A stretch of 64,000 nt of DNA from an uncultured Mycoplasmatota bacterium (GTDB taxonomy: Bacteria > Bacillota_I > Bacilli_A > RF39 > UBA660). The DNA lies in assembly GCA_900548695.1 (NCBI GenBank), contig URLC01000002.1, positions 95,692-159,691 of the forward strand, written 5' to 3'. Numbering within the stretch: the stretch's first letter is position 1; each line of letters opens with the position of its first letter. The notes below the pieces were generated by a model that ran no database searches, had not been told where the DNA came from, and worked only from the letters and a program-made list of their open reading frames with translations. Shown here in pieces: positions 27,815 through 36,160 of this stretch. The position numbers and the translations under genes are program-made.

Positions 27815-28513
27815 TTATAATACAGATATGGACATTAAAATTAGGATGGTGTTATGAAGCATATGCATAATGGTTGAAGTATAAATAGTATCTGTTTTTT
27901 GATAAGCGATAGCAAACGCGCCTCCTAAAGCACCATAGGGAATAATATATAGTAATTCTAATGGTGATGTCATACTAGTTATAACGTGTAGCGATCCAAA
28001 AACTAGTGCGGATGCAGTTATAAATAACCATTTGTTTGGGAAAGCATTTTTAAATCCTTTTCTAAAGACAAGCTCTTCTACTATCGGGGCAATAAAACCA
28101 GCATTTATTAACATTAACCAAGGTTGATTTGAGATTAAACCTTGTACAGCTTGCTCATTTGCCGCTTGATCAAGGCTGATACCAAAAGTGATTATAGCAT
28201 TTGCTACCATCATAATTCCTAATCCTAATAGCCAATACTTTAAGCCTGTATCTAAACATCTCATAGGATTTTTTCTAAATAGTTTCCATTCACGAATTAG
28301 ATCTTTTCTAAATATTAGAAAAAGAATTAGTAGTAGAACTATGTTAGAAAAAATAGATAATAGCATTTGTTCTAAGCTAGTTATATTAGAAATATTTAAG
28401 TTGAAGATAGAAATAGGAATTAATTGAAGGAAAGAACTGTAATAAAATAAAATAAATACAATGATTCCCACAACTAAGCCTTTCCAATTTATTAGTTGTT
28501 TTGCTTTTTCCAT
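27815..28513 (-). CDS. CPBP (CAAX/Abi) intramembrane metalloprotease
   Basis: It carries the motifs VEELVFRKG, FGSLH and HMLHN in a polytopic membrane protein. Confidence 0.85.
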   Translation of the reverse strand: MEKAKQLINWKGLVVGIIVFILFYYSSFLQLIPISIFNLNISNITSLEQMLLSIFSNIVLLLILFLIFRKDLIREWKLFRKNPMRCLDTGLKYWLLGLGIMMVANAIITFGISLDQAANEQAVQGLISNQPWLMLINAGFIAPIVEELVFRKGFKNAFPNKWLFITASALVFGSLHVITSMTSPLELLYIIPYGALGGAFAIAYQKTDTIYTSTIMHMLHNTILILMSISVL

Positions 28514-28628
28514 TTTTTTAATATCAATCTTATAATATGTGATTGATTCCTTTCTATTTATTTGGTGATTGATGAGTTTTCACCTTCTTAAAGAATAGCA
28601 TAAAAAATATTAAAATTAAAGATATTTG

Positions 28629-28657
28629 TTGGTATTTTATGAAAAGTATGTTATAAT
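28629..28657 (+). promoter_or_regulatory. Promoter of rimP-nusA-ylxR-infB operon
   Basis: TTGGTA (28629-28634) is followed by a 17-nt spacer and TGtTATAAT (TATAAT at 28652-28657). Confidence 0.6.
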
Positions 28658-28668
28658 GTATGCAGAAA

Positions 28669-28704
28669 GGAGTGGGAATATTTAGCCCGCTCCTTATTGT
28701 TTCT
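28669..28704 (+). promoter_or_regulatory. Leader hairpin / candidate attenuator upstream of rimP-nusA
   Basis: The GC-rich 8-bp stem GGAGTGGG/CCCGCTCC (28669-28693) is followed by TTATTGTTTCT, and it lies between the promoter and the RBS. Confidence 0.4.
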
Positions 28705-28716
28705 AGGAGGTGAAGT

Positions 28717-28968
28717 ATGAAAGAGAAAATAATTACTTTGGTGGGAGATCAACTAAAAGATTTTGAGGTCGTTATCGATGATGTTTTTACTTCTTTAGAA
28801 GAAGGCAAAAAAATATTAAATATTGTTTTGGATAGTGATATTACGATTGATTTGGATTTGATTACAGAGGCTTCTAGAGTTATCAACAAAATTATTGATA
28901 AAAATAACATATTAGATGATGATATTTACGAAGTAGATATTTATTCTAAAGAGAAGGGAGACGAATAA
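28717..28968 (+). CDS. rimP: RimP-like protein, N-terminal domain only (83 aa)
   Basis: It lies directly upstream of nusA. The pattern LNIVLDSD...IDLD...ASRVINKIID...YEVDI matches the RimP N-domain. It ends where RimP normally has SSPG plus the C-terminal domain. Confidence 0.6.
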   Translation: MKEKIITLVGDQLKDFEVVIDDVFTSLEEGKKILNIVLDSDITIDLDLITEASRVINKIIDKNNILDDDIYEVDIYSKEKGDE

Positions 28969-28969
28969 A

Positions 28970-30142
28970 ATGAATGGTAAAGAATTTTTGAAGGCATTAA
29001 ATAATATTGTTAGAGAAAAAAATATTGATCCAGAAGTTGTTTATGACGCTATGGAATTAGCACTTACATCAGCTTATAAGAAGAATTTTAATTCTAAGAC
29101 TAATGTTAAAGTATTATTTGATCACGCGACTGGAGAAATTAAAGTATATTCTTATTTAACAGTTGTACCAGATGACAAGATGACAAAAGAAGAATATGAA
29201 GATTATTTATTTGAACATTATACTGATGAAGATGAAGAAGATGAAAATGATGACGCGGAAGCAGAAGAAGAAGAAGCAATTAGTTATTTTAATCCAGAAA
29301 CTGAAATTAAATTAACTGAGGCTAAAAAGTTAGATAAGACTTTAGAAATTGGGGATACCATTGATAAAGAAGTTACTCCTAAAGACTTTGGTCGCGTTGC
29401 TACTTCTACGGCTAAACAAGTTGTTATTCAAAAAATTAGAGAAGCTGAAAGAAATAGTATTATGGAAGAGTTTGGAGATAAACAAGATGAACTTTTAATT
29501 GGTACTGTTGCTTTAGAAGATACAGATAATTATTTTATTGATTTGGGACGCACTAATGGTATTTTACCTAAAAAGGATATTATTCCTGGAGAAAAAATTG
29601 AGATGGGTTCACAAATCAAAGTTTATGTTACTAAGGTAGATAATAATGGTAAAAATTTGCTTATTTTGTTAAGTAGAAGCCACTATGGTTTTGTAAAAAG
29701 ACTTTTTGAACTTGAAATTCCAGAATTAGCTGATGGTACTGTAATGTTATATAGTGTAGCTCGAGATGCTGGAAATAGAAGTAAAGTAGCTGTTTATTCA
29801 GAATATTCTAATATTGATCCCATTGGTGCTTGTATTGGTGAGAAGGGTAGTCGAATTGCAAGAATTATTGAAGAGTTGCATGGAGAAAAGTTGGATGTTG
29901 TTAAATATGATAAAGATCCAGCTGTATTTATTGAAAATGCATTGAGTCCTGCTAAAGATTTAACAGTTGCAATTACTGATCCTAAGAAACAAGAGGCTAT
30001 GGTTATTGCAGATGGAGATAATTTCTCTTTAGCGATTGGTAAGAGAGGACAAAATGCTCGTCTTGCTAGTAAACTTACTCATTATAAAATTGATATTAAA
30101 ACAACTGATCAAGCAAGAGAGGCTGGAATTAATTTTAGATAG
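28970..30142 (+). CDS. nusA: Transcription termination/antitermination factor NusA
   Basis: It has the N-terminal domain, an S1 domain and two KH domains (GACIGEKGSRIARI and AIGKRGQNARLASKLT), with an acidic insertion at aa about 85-105. Confidence 0.95.
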   Translation: MNGKEFLKALNNIVREKNIDPEVVYDAMELALTSAYKKNFNSKTNVKVLFDHATGEIKVYSYLTVVPDDKMTKEEYEDYLFEHYTDEDEEDENDDAEAEEEEAISYFNPETEIKLTEAKKLDKTLEIGDTIDKEVTPKDFGRVATSTAKQVVIQKIREAERNSIMEEFGDKQDELLIGTVALEDTDNYFIDLGRTNGILPKKDIIPGEKIEMGSQIKVYVTKVDNNGKNLLILLSRSHYGFVKRLFELEIPELADGTVMLYSVARDAGNRSKVAVYSEYSNIDPIGACIGEKGSRIARIIEELHGEKLDVVKYDKDPAVFIENALSPAKDLTVAITDPKKQEAMVIADGDNFSLAIGKRGQNARLASKLTHYKIDIKTTDQAREAGINFR

Positions 30143-30158
30143 TTTTTAAGGAGGATTT

Positions 30159-30422
30159 ATGAAAGTAAAGAAAATACCTTTAAGAACTTGTGTAATTACT
30201 AAAGAAAGATTACCAAAGAAGGAATTACTTCGTGTAGTTCGTACACCAGAAGGACAAGTTATTGTTGATGAGGTTGGAAAGATAAATGGACGAGGTGCAT
30301 ATATTAAAAGAGACGTTCAAGTTTTGGAACAAGCTAGGAAAAAGAAAGTTTTGGAGCGTCATTTAGAATGTACAATTAATGATGATGTTTATGAAGAAAT
30401 TAAACAAATGTTAGAAAAATAA
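30159..30422 (+). CDS. ylxR: YlxR/RnpM family (DUF448) RNA-binding protein
   Basis: It has PLRTCVITKERLPKKELLRVV and GRGAYI, and it sits between nusA and infB. Confidence 0.9.
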   Translation: MKVKKIPLRTCVITKERLPKKELLRVVRTPEGQVIVDEVGKINGRGAYIKRDVQVLEQARKKKVLERHLECTINDDVYEEIKQMLEK

Positions 30423-30440
30423 AACCGGAGGTGAAGTGAA

Positions 30441-32579
30441 ATGATGAATATCGAAGATTATGCTTTAGATGTTGGAAAATCTGTTGAAGAAATTAAGGCA
30501 TTGTGTGATAAAATTGGTATTACTTATCAAGATGAGGCCACACCTTTAGATGAGACGGATATTATTTTGTTAGATAATGAACTTCAAGATCAGGAAGACT
30601 ATATTGAAGGTGATATTGAAGATTTAGAATCTAAATTATATGAAGAAGAAGTATATGACAAAGCAGAAGAACTAGCTATGAATACTAAGTTTGATTTAGA
30701 TAATTCAACTTCTTTTGAAAAGGTAAAGCCAAAATCACAAAAGAAAAATGATAGTAGTAAAAAAGACTTTATGAAAGAACGAAAGAAAATTTACAAACAT
30801 CGTGAAAAATTACAAAAAAATGAAGCAATTAATGATAGTAATGTTATCTTATATAAAGAAGGTATGAGTGTAAGTGCTCTTGCTAGCCTTTTAGATGTAG
30901 CTGCAGTAGAACTTGTTAAGAAATTGATGGGTCTTGGTGTTATGGCTAATATTAATCAAAGTGTTGATTTTGAGACGGCTGAAATACTTGTTGCTGATTA
31001 TAATAAGACATTAAAGAAAGAAGAAACTGCTGATATTTCTAATTTTGAAAATTTTGAAATAGCTGATAAAGAAGAAGATTTAGTAGAGCGTCCACCAGTA
31101 GTTACTATTATGGGACATGTAGATCATGGTAAAACAACTTTACTTGATGCTATTCGTAAGAGTAATGTAGCTAGTGGAGAAGCTGGAGGAATTACGCAAG
31201 CAATTGGAGCTTATTCTGTTAGTTGCGATGGTAAAATGATTACTTTTATTGATACACCTGGACATGCTGCATTTACAGAAATGCGTGCTCGTGGGGCTAG
31301 TATTACAGATATTGTTATTATTATTGTTGCGGCAGATGATGGAGTTATGCCACAGACTAAAGAAGCAATTGATCATGCTAAAGCTGCAGGAGTACCAATT
31401 ATTGTTGCCATTAATAAAATTGATAAGCCAGAAGCTAATATTGAACGAGTTATGACTGGGTTAGTTGAAAATGGTCTAACTCCAGAAGAATGGGGTGGAG
31501 ATGTTATTGTTAATAAGATTTCTGCGGCCACTGGAGAAGGCATTAATGAATTGCTAGAAAATATTTTATTGGTTGCTGAGATGCAAGAATATAAAGCAAA
31601 CCCTGCTCGTTATGCTAGTGGTGTTGTAGTGGAAGCTAAGAAAAATAGCAAAGTGGGATCTATTGCAACTTTACTTATTCAAAATGGAACTTTGCGTTTA
31701 GGAGACCCAATTGTTGTTGGTACTATTTATGGTAAAGTTCGTACTTTAAAGAATGATTTAGGTCAAAATATTGTAGAAGCAACACCATCTATGCCAGTGG
31801 AAGTTACAGGTCTTAATGATGTTCCTAATGCTGGTGATAAGTTTATGGCTTTCGAATCTGAAAAGCAAGCCAAACAAATTGCTGAGGAGAGAAGTTTAAG
31901 AGCTAGAGAAAAAGATAGTAACTTTAGTGGCATGACTTTAGAAGATTTATTTGGTCGTATTCAAGAAGGTGTAAAAGAAATCAATGTTGTTTTAAAAGCG
32001 GATGTTAATGGTAGTTTGGAAGCTGTTCGCCATGCCTTAGAAAAAATAGATGTTGAAGGAGTTAAAATTAATATTATTCGCGGTGCTGTTGGTGGTATTA
32101 CGGAAAGTGATATAGTTTTAGCTCGAGCAAGTGATGCTATTATTATCGGCTTTAATGTTCGTGCTAATAATCAAGCTCATGATGATGCTAAAGAGTTTGG
32201 TGTTGAAATTAGGACTTACGATATTATTTATAAAGTAGTTGAAGATATGGAAGCTGCTATGATTGGTATGCTTGATCCTGAGTACGAGGAAAAAGTTACT
32301 GGTAAATTGGAGGTTCGTCAAATCTTTAAATTTTCTAAAGTTGGTCTTATTGCAGGATGTCATGTACTTACTGGTATTGTAAGAAATAATGAAAAAGCAC
32401 GTATTATTCGTGATGATGTTGTAGTTTATAACGGAGCTGTAAATACTTTACAACATGAAAAAGACCAAGTAAAAGAAGTTAAAAAGGATATGGATTGTGG
32501 TATTACTTTAGAAAATTGTCAAGATTATAAAGAAGGAGATATCATCGAGATTTACGATTTAGTGGAAATTAAACGATAG
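30441..32579 (+). CDS. infB: Translation initiation factor IF-2
   Basis: It has the G-domain motifs [17 protein letters not shown] and NKIDK, and C-terminal IF2 domains. Confidence 0.97.
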   Translation: MMNIEDYALDVGKSVEEIKALCDKIGITYQDEATPLDETDIILLDNELQDQEDYIEGDIEDLESKLYEEEVYDKAEELAMNTKFDLDNSTSFEKVKPKSQKKNDSSKKDFMKERKKIYKHREKLQKNEAINDSNVILYKEGMSVSALASLLDVAAVELVKKLMGLGVMANINQSVDFETAEILVADYNKTLKKEETADISNFENFEIADKEEDLVERPPVVTIMGHVDHGKTTLLDAIRKSNVASGEAGGITQAIGAYSVSCDGKMITFIDTPGHAAFTEMRARGASITDIVIIIVAADDGVMPQTKEAIDHAKAAGVPIIVAINKIDKPEANIERVMTGLVENGLTPEEWGGDVIVNKISAATGEGINELLENILLVAEMQEYKANPARYASGVVVEAKKNSKVGSIATLLIQNGTLRLGDPIVVGTIYGKVRTLKNDLGQNIVEATPSMPVEVTGLNDVPNAGDKFMAFESEKQAKQIAEERSLRAREKDSNFSGMTLEDLFGRIQEGVKEINVVLKADVNGSLEAVRHALEKIDVEGVKINIIRGAVGGITESDIVLARASDAIIIGFNVRANNQAHDDAKEFGVEIRTYDIIYKVVEDMEAAMIGMLDPEYEEKVTGKLEVRQIFKFSKVGLIAGCHVLTGIVRNNEKARIIRDDVVVYNGAVNTLQHEKDQVKEVKKDMDCGITLENCQDYKEGDIIEIYDLVEIKR

Positions 32580-32587
32580 GTGATGTT

Positions 32588-32994
32588 ATGGGAGTTCAAA
32601 GACAATATACAGCTTCTCTTATACAATAGATTTTTTAAATCATAGGGTACTTTTAGTACATAATGTAAAACTTAATAAGTGGTTGCAACCGGGAGGACAT
32701 ATTTTAGATGATGAGTTAGAAGTGCCAAGCGATGCAGCTATAAGAGAAACTAAAGAAGAAACAGGAATTGATATTAAAATTATTGGTCCAAAGTTAGGAA
32801 ATGAAGTTCAACCTGTGGCACTGTGTCATTATGTTAATCCAGTTGGTGATATGATTGATATTCAATATGTAGCCGAACCATTGAATATAGAACTTTCATC
32901 TCCCGATGCTATTTGGCAAGATATATTTTTAATTGATGTTAATCCTTGTATTGATGATAAGTTAAAAGAAGATGCAAAAAGTTTATATAGATAA
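32588..32994 (+). pseudogene. Nudix hydrolase with frame disruption near the 5' end
   Basis: It has the Nudix box GGHILDDELEVPSDAAIRETKEETGI. The frame encoding KTIYSFSYTIDFLNHRVLLVHNVKLNKWLQPGGH has no ATG/GTG/TTG before 32683. The RBS-supported ATG at 32588 is in another frame, and adding one A to the CAAAG run (about 32597-32600) would join the two frames. Confidence 0.55.
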
Positions 32995-33018
32995 TATACC
33001 AAATAGGAGGTAACTATT

Positions 33019-33366
33019 ATGGCAAGTATTAAATTAGGACGTTTGAATCATTTGATTCAACAAGAAATCAGTATTATTTTAATGGAAGAAGTTCGTGATG
33101 AAGATTTAAAGTTTGTAACAATTACTGGATGTGAGGTTACTAGTGATTATAGTTATTGTAAAGTATATTTTACTGTATTAGATGAAGAAAAAAAAGCAAC
33201 AGTTTTGGAAGCTTTAGATGGGGCAAGTTCTTTTATTCGTGGTAAGCTTGCTGAACGTATTGACATTAGACATACACCAGAGTTGAAATTTGTCTATGAT
33301 ACTTCTATTGAATATGGAGAGCATATTGAAAAGATTATTGATCAAATTCATGATGCTGATGAATAA
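33019..33366 (+). CDS. rbfA: Ribosome-binding factor A
   Basis: It has RLNHLIQQEISIIL and HTPELKF, and it lies after infB. Confidence 0.93.
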   Translation: MASIKLGRLNHLIQQEISIILMEEVRDEDLKFVTITGCEVTSDYSYCKVYFTVLDEEKKATVLEALDGASSFIRGKLAERIDIRHTPELKFVYDTSIEYGEHIEKIIDQIHDADE

Positions 33367-33399
33367 AAAGAGAGTTATAAAATTAACTCTCTTTTTTTT
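33365..33399. terminator. Bidirectional terminator between rbfA and the minus-strand HTH-repeat gene
   Basis: The 10-bp stem AAGAGAGTTA/TAACTCTCTT is flanked by A and T runs. The stop codon of the minus gene lies inside the stem. Confidence 0.8.
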
Positions 33400-35272
33400 G
33401 ATATACTTTTTGAGGATATTCTGTTAATTTATTTTGCAAACAATTTTTAGTTAAAGTTATTACTTCTTCTTCCTCGATTTTAAATATTTCGGCAATACTT
33501 TTACTATCTAATGGGGCATTGATATAACCTAATCTTAAAGCTAATATAGCTTTTTGTTCCTCGGTACATTTAACTACATAATTTTTGAAAATTGATTCTT
33601 CTAGATTATGAATACCATTTAGAATGGCATTTTTCTTTTGTTCATGAATGGTTTCTGGAATATCATATTGTCTAATGAATGATTTTATATTTTCTAAGTC
33701 TGATTCTTTAACAGTAATACTCTTTTTTTTACTATAATTTTCTTTAATTATTCTATCCTCAGTAAATGATGGCCAAGTTTCTTTTACTTGTTCTTCGATG
33801 ATAGGATTACTATCAATTTTACTTAAAGCGCTTTTTTTAATATTATTGATTCTGGCAGTAGTAAGACGAAATTTTTTAGCTAATTCTTGTTGAGTTGTAT
33901 AAGTTTTACTTGGTGGAGTAATTCGATATAACTCTTCTAACACGGTTAACTCCTTAGATTGTAAGAAGCTTTTTGGAGAAAGATTTGTTTTTGGTACTTT
34001 TTGTTTTTTTGGTTTTTGACTCTTAGACTTTTCTTCTAAGAATTCAGGATATATTGATTCTATTTCAGCTTGTAATCTTGGATTTTTTTTGCTTTTTAGT
34101 TTTAAGCTTCTAATTGTTTGGTATATCACTTGACTGTTTTTATAGCCCGTTAATTCAGCTAATTTATGGTAATTTATTGGATTTTTTTTATATTTATTTA
34201 ATTCTTCTAAAAGTTTTATTTGCAAGGAAGTTAGATTAGTTTGTTTTGTTTTTTGTTTTTTAGTGTTTGTTTTAGATTTGTTGCGAATGGATTTTAAATT
34301 TAGAAAATTAGGAATGAATGTTTCAACCAACTCTTTTATTTGTTGATTTTGACATTTCTTTTTTAATCTATAAATGAGATTACTAATTTCTTGTTTTGAT
34401 TTTTCTAGGTTTTTAGCAACTTTATCTAGAGGAATTTTATCATATGGATATTTTTGTAATTCTTCTATTAATTGTTGTTCTGTTTTAGATAGTAAAGATC
34501 TTTTGACTGTTTTTTTATTTTGTTTTGTTACAGGGGAGTTTTTCTTTTCTTTTGGTATTGTTAGATGGACACCTAGATTAGTAGCTTTTATTTCGAGCAT
34601 TTTTTGTGAATTTGGATATTTTTCTAATACTAATTGTAGATTTTTAATATCTTTTAATAAGTTGAAGGCTACGGTTAATTCTTTTTTTATTTGAGTGGTA
34701 CTTTTATTTTCTAGTTTAGCAATTTCTTCAATATCTAGGCAAAGATCGTTGATTTCACCAATATAGTAGCCTATATATAGTAAATTTTGTTCTGATAGGG
34801 TAACTGGGCTTTTAAAGAATTCTTTTCTTTTTTTGATTTTGTATCTATAGTTTGGAAAAAGTTTTTCTAATTCTTCTTTGTTTATATCTTTTAATTTCAT
34901 TAAAGCGTGGTATATAGCTTTTGAATCAATTTGTAAACGTTTTCTGATTTCTTCTTCCGTTAAAAAACGATTATTTATATTTGTTAGATATAATCTAATT
35001 ATTTTTTGATCATCTGTAGATATGAGAGTAGATGGAGTTAAATATTTTTCTTCAACTTCCTTTTTTAATTTTATTTTTAGGTATTTTATAAAAGAAACAG
35101 GGTTTGTTGATTTGTAACTTTTAAAGGCTTTTTCTAAAGTATTAGAGATAATTTTTTCTTGTTCTTCCGTAGTTAATATAAAGCCATCTAGTTCTTTTTT
35201 TAATTCTTGTTTTAGTTTTTCTTGTTCTTCTTGACTAGTTTTAATTGTATTTAAATATTCGTAGTTATTCAT
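33383..35272 (-). CDS. Lys-rich protein with six tandem sigma-70 region-4-like HTH modules
   Basis: The repeat modules are read by eye at aa about 85-142, 158-222, 259-323, 347-411, 436-503 and 568-622. Each ends in an aromatic-Pro motif (LFPNY, KYPNS, FIPNF, IYPEF, TWPSF, EYPQK). See findings. Confidence 0.5.
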   Translation of the reverse strand: MNNYEYLNTIKTSQEEQEKLKQELKKELDGFILTTEEQEKIISNTLEKAFKSYKSTNPVSFIKYLKIKLKKEVEEKYLTPSTLISTDDQKIIRLYLTNINNRFLTEEEIRKRLQIDSKAIYHALMKLKDINKEELEKLFPNYRYKIKKRKEFFKSPVTLSEQNLLYIGYYIGEINDLCLDIEEIAKLENKSTTQIKKELTVAFNLLKDIKNLQLVLEKYPNSQKMLEIKATNLGVHLTIPKEKKNSPVTKQNKKTVKRSLLSKTEQQLIEELQKYPYDKIPLDKVAKNLEKSKQEISNLIYRLKKKCQNQQIKELVETFIPNFLNLKSIRNKSKTNTKKQKTKQTNLTSLQIKLLEELNKYKKNPINYHKLAELTGYKNSQVIYQTIRSLKLKSKKNPRLQAEIESIYPEFLEEKSKSQKPKKQKVPKTNLSPKSFLQSKELTVLEELYRITPPSKTYTTQQELAKKFRLTTARINNIKKSALSKIDSNPIIEEQVKETWPSFTEDRIIKENYSKKKSITVKESDLENIKSFIRQYDIPETIHEQKKNAILNGIHNLEESIFKNYVVKCTEEQKAILALRLGYINAPLDSKSIAEIFKIEEEEVITLTKNCLQNKLTEYPQKVYQKKES

Positions 35273-35431
35273 AGCTTTCTCCTTGTGTTTGTTTATAAAT
35301 TTGTTTTTTTAGTTTATTATATATCAAATTTGTCATGTTGACTGGTATTTTTTTATTTTTTCAGGTATTATGGTTGTTTTTTGATGATTTTACTTAGTTT
35401 TATGCTATAATACCTATAGTGTGGTGATGCT

Positions 35432-36151
35432 ATGAAAATAAATATTAACGGTGTTTCGGTTAATTACGTACAATATGGTGAGGGTAAAGATATTTTGCTA
35501 CTTCATGGATGGGGTCAAAATATTGAGATGATGAAGTTTATTGGGGATAGATTGGCTGATAGATTTCGAATTACTATTTTGGATTTTCCTGGTTTTGGTG
35601 AAAGCGATGAACCAACTATTCCTTGGACACTTAGTGATTATTCTTTATTGATTGAAAGGTTAGTTCAGGAGTTAAAAATTAAAAAGCCTATTATTATGGG
35701 GCATTCTTTTGGTGGAAGAGTTGCGATTAGATATTCAGCCAATCATCCCATTGAAAAACTGGTTTTATTTGGAAGCCCTTGTGTGCGTTTACAACAAAAA
35801 TTACCTTTATCTGTTAGAATACTTAAGAAGTTAAAAACTTTACCAGGTTTAGATGCCTTTGGAGAAAAAATGAAAAAATATATTGGTTCTAGAGATTATA
35901 AAGCTGCTAGTCCCATCATGCGTCAAACTTTAGTACAAGTTGTTAATGAGGATTTATCAGAATTTGCTAAAAAGATAGAGGAACCAACTTTATTGATTTG
36001 GGGAGATCAAGATACGGAAGCACCAGTTGAAGAAGCTAAAATATTAGAAAATATTATGTATGATGCAGCTTTAATTGTTCTTCCAGGAACACATTATGCT
36101 TATATTGAGAATTTGGGGCAAGTAATTGCTATTTTGAATAATTTTATTTAG
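35432..36151 (+). CDS. Alpha/beta hydrolase
   Basis: It has HGWGQN (oxyanion region), the nucleophile elbow GHSFGG and a C-terminal GTHY. Confidence 0.8.
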   Translation: MKININGVSVNYVQYGEGKDILLLHGWGQNIEMMKFIGDRLADRFRITILDFPGFGESDEPTIPWTLSDYSLLIERLVQELKIKKPIIMGHSFGGRVAIRYSANHPIEKLVLFGSPCVRLQQKLPLSVRILKKLKTLPGLDAFGEKMKKYIGSRDYKAASPIMRQTLVQVVNEDLSEFAKKIEEPTLLIWGDQDTEAPVEEAKILENIMYDAALIVLPGTHYAYIENLGQVIAILNNFI

Positions 36152-36160
36152 GAGGATATT

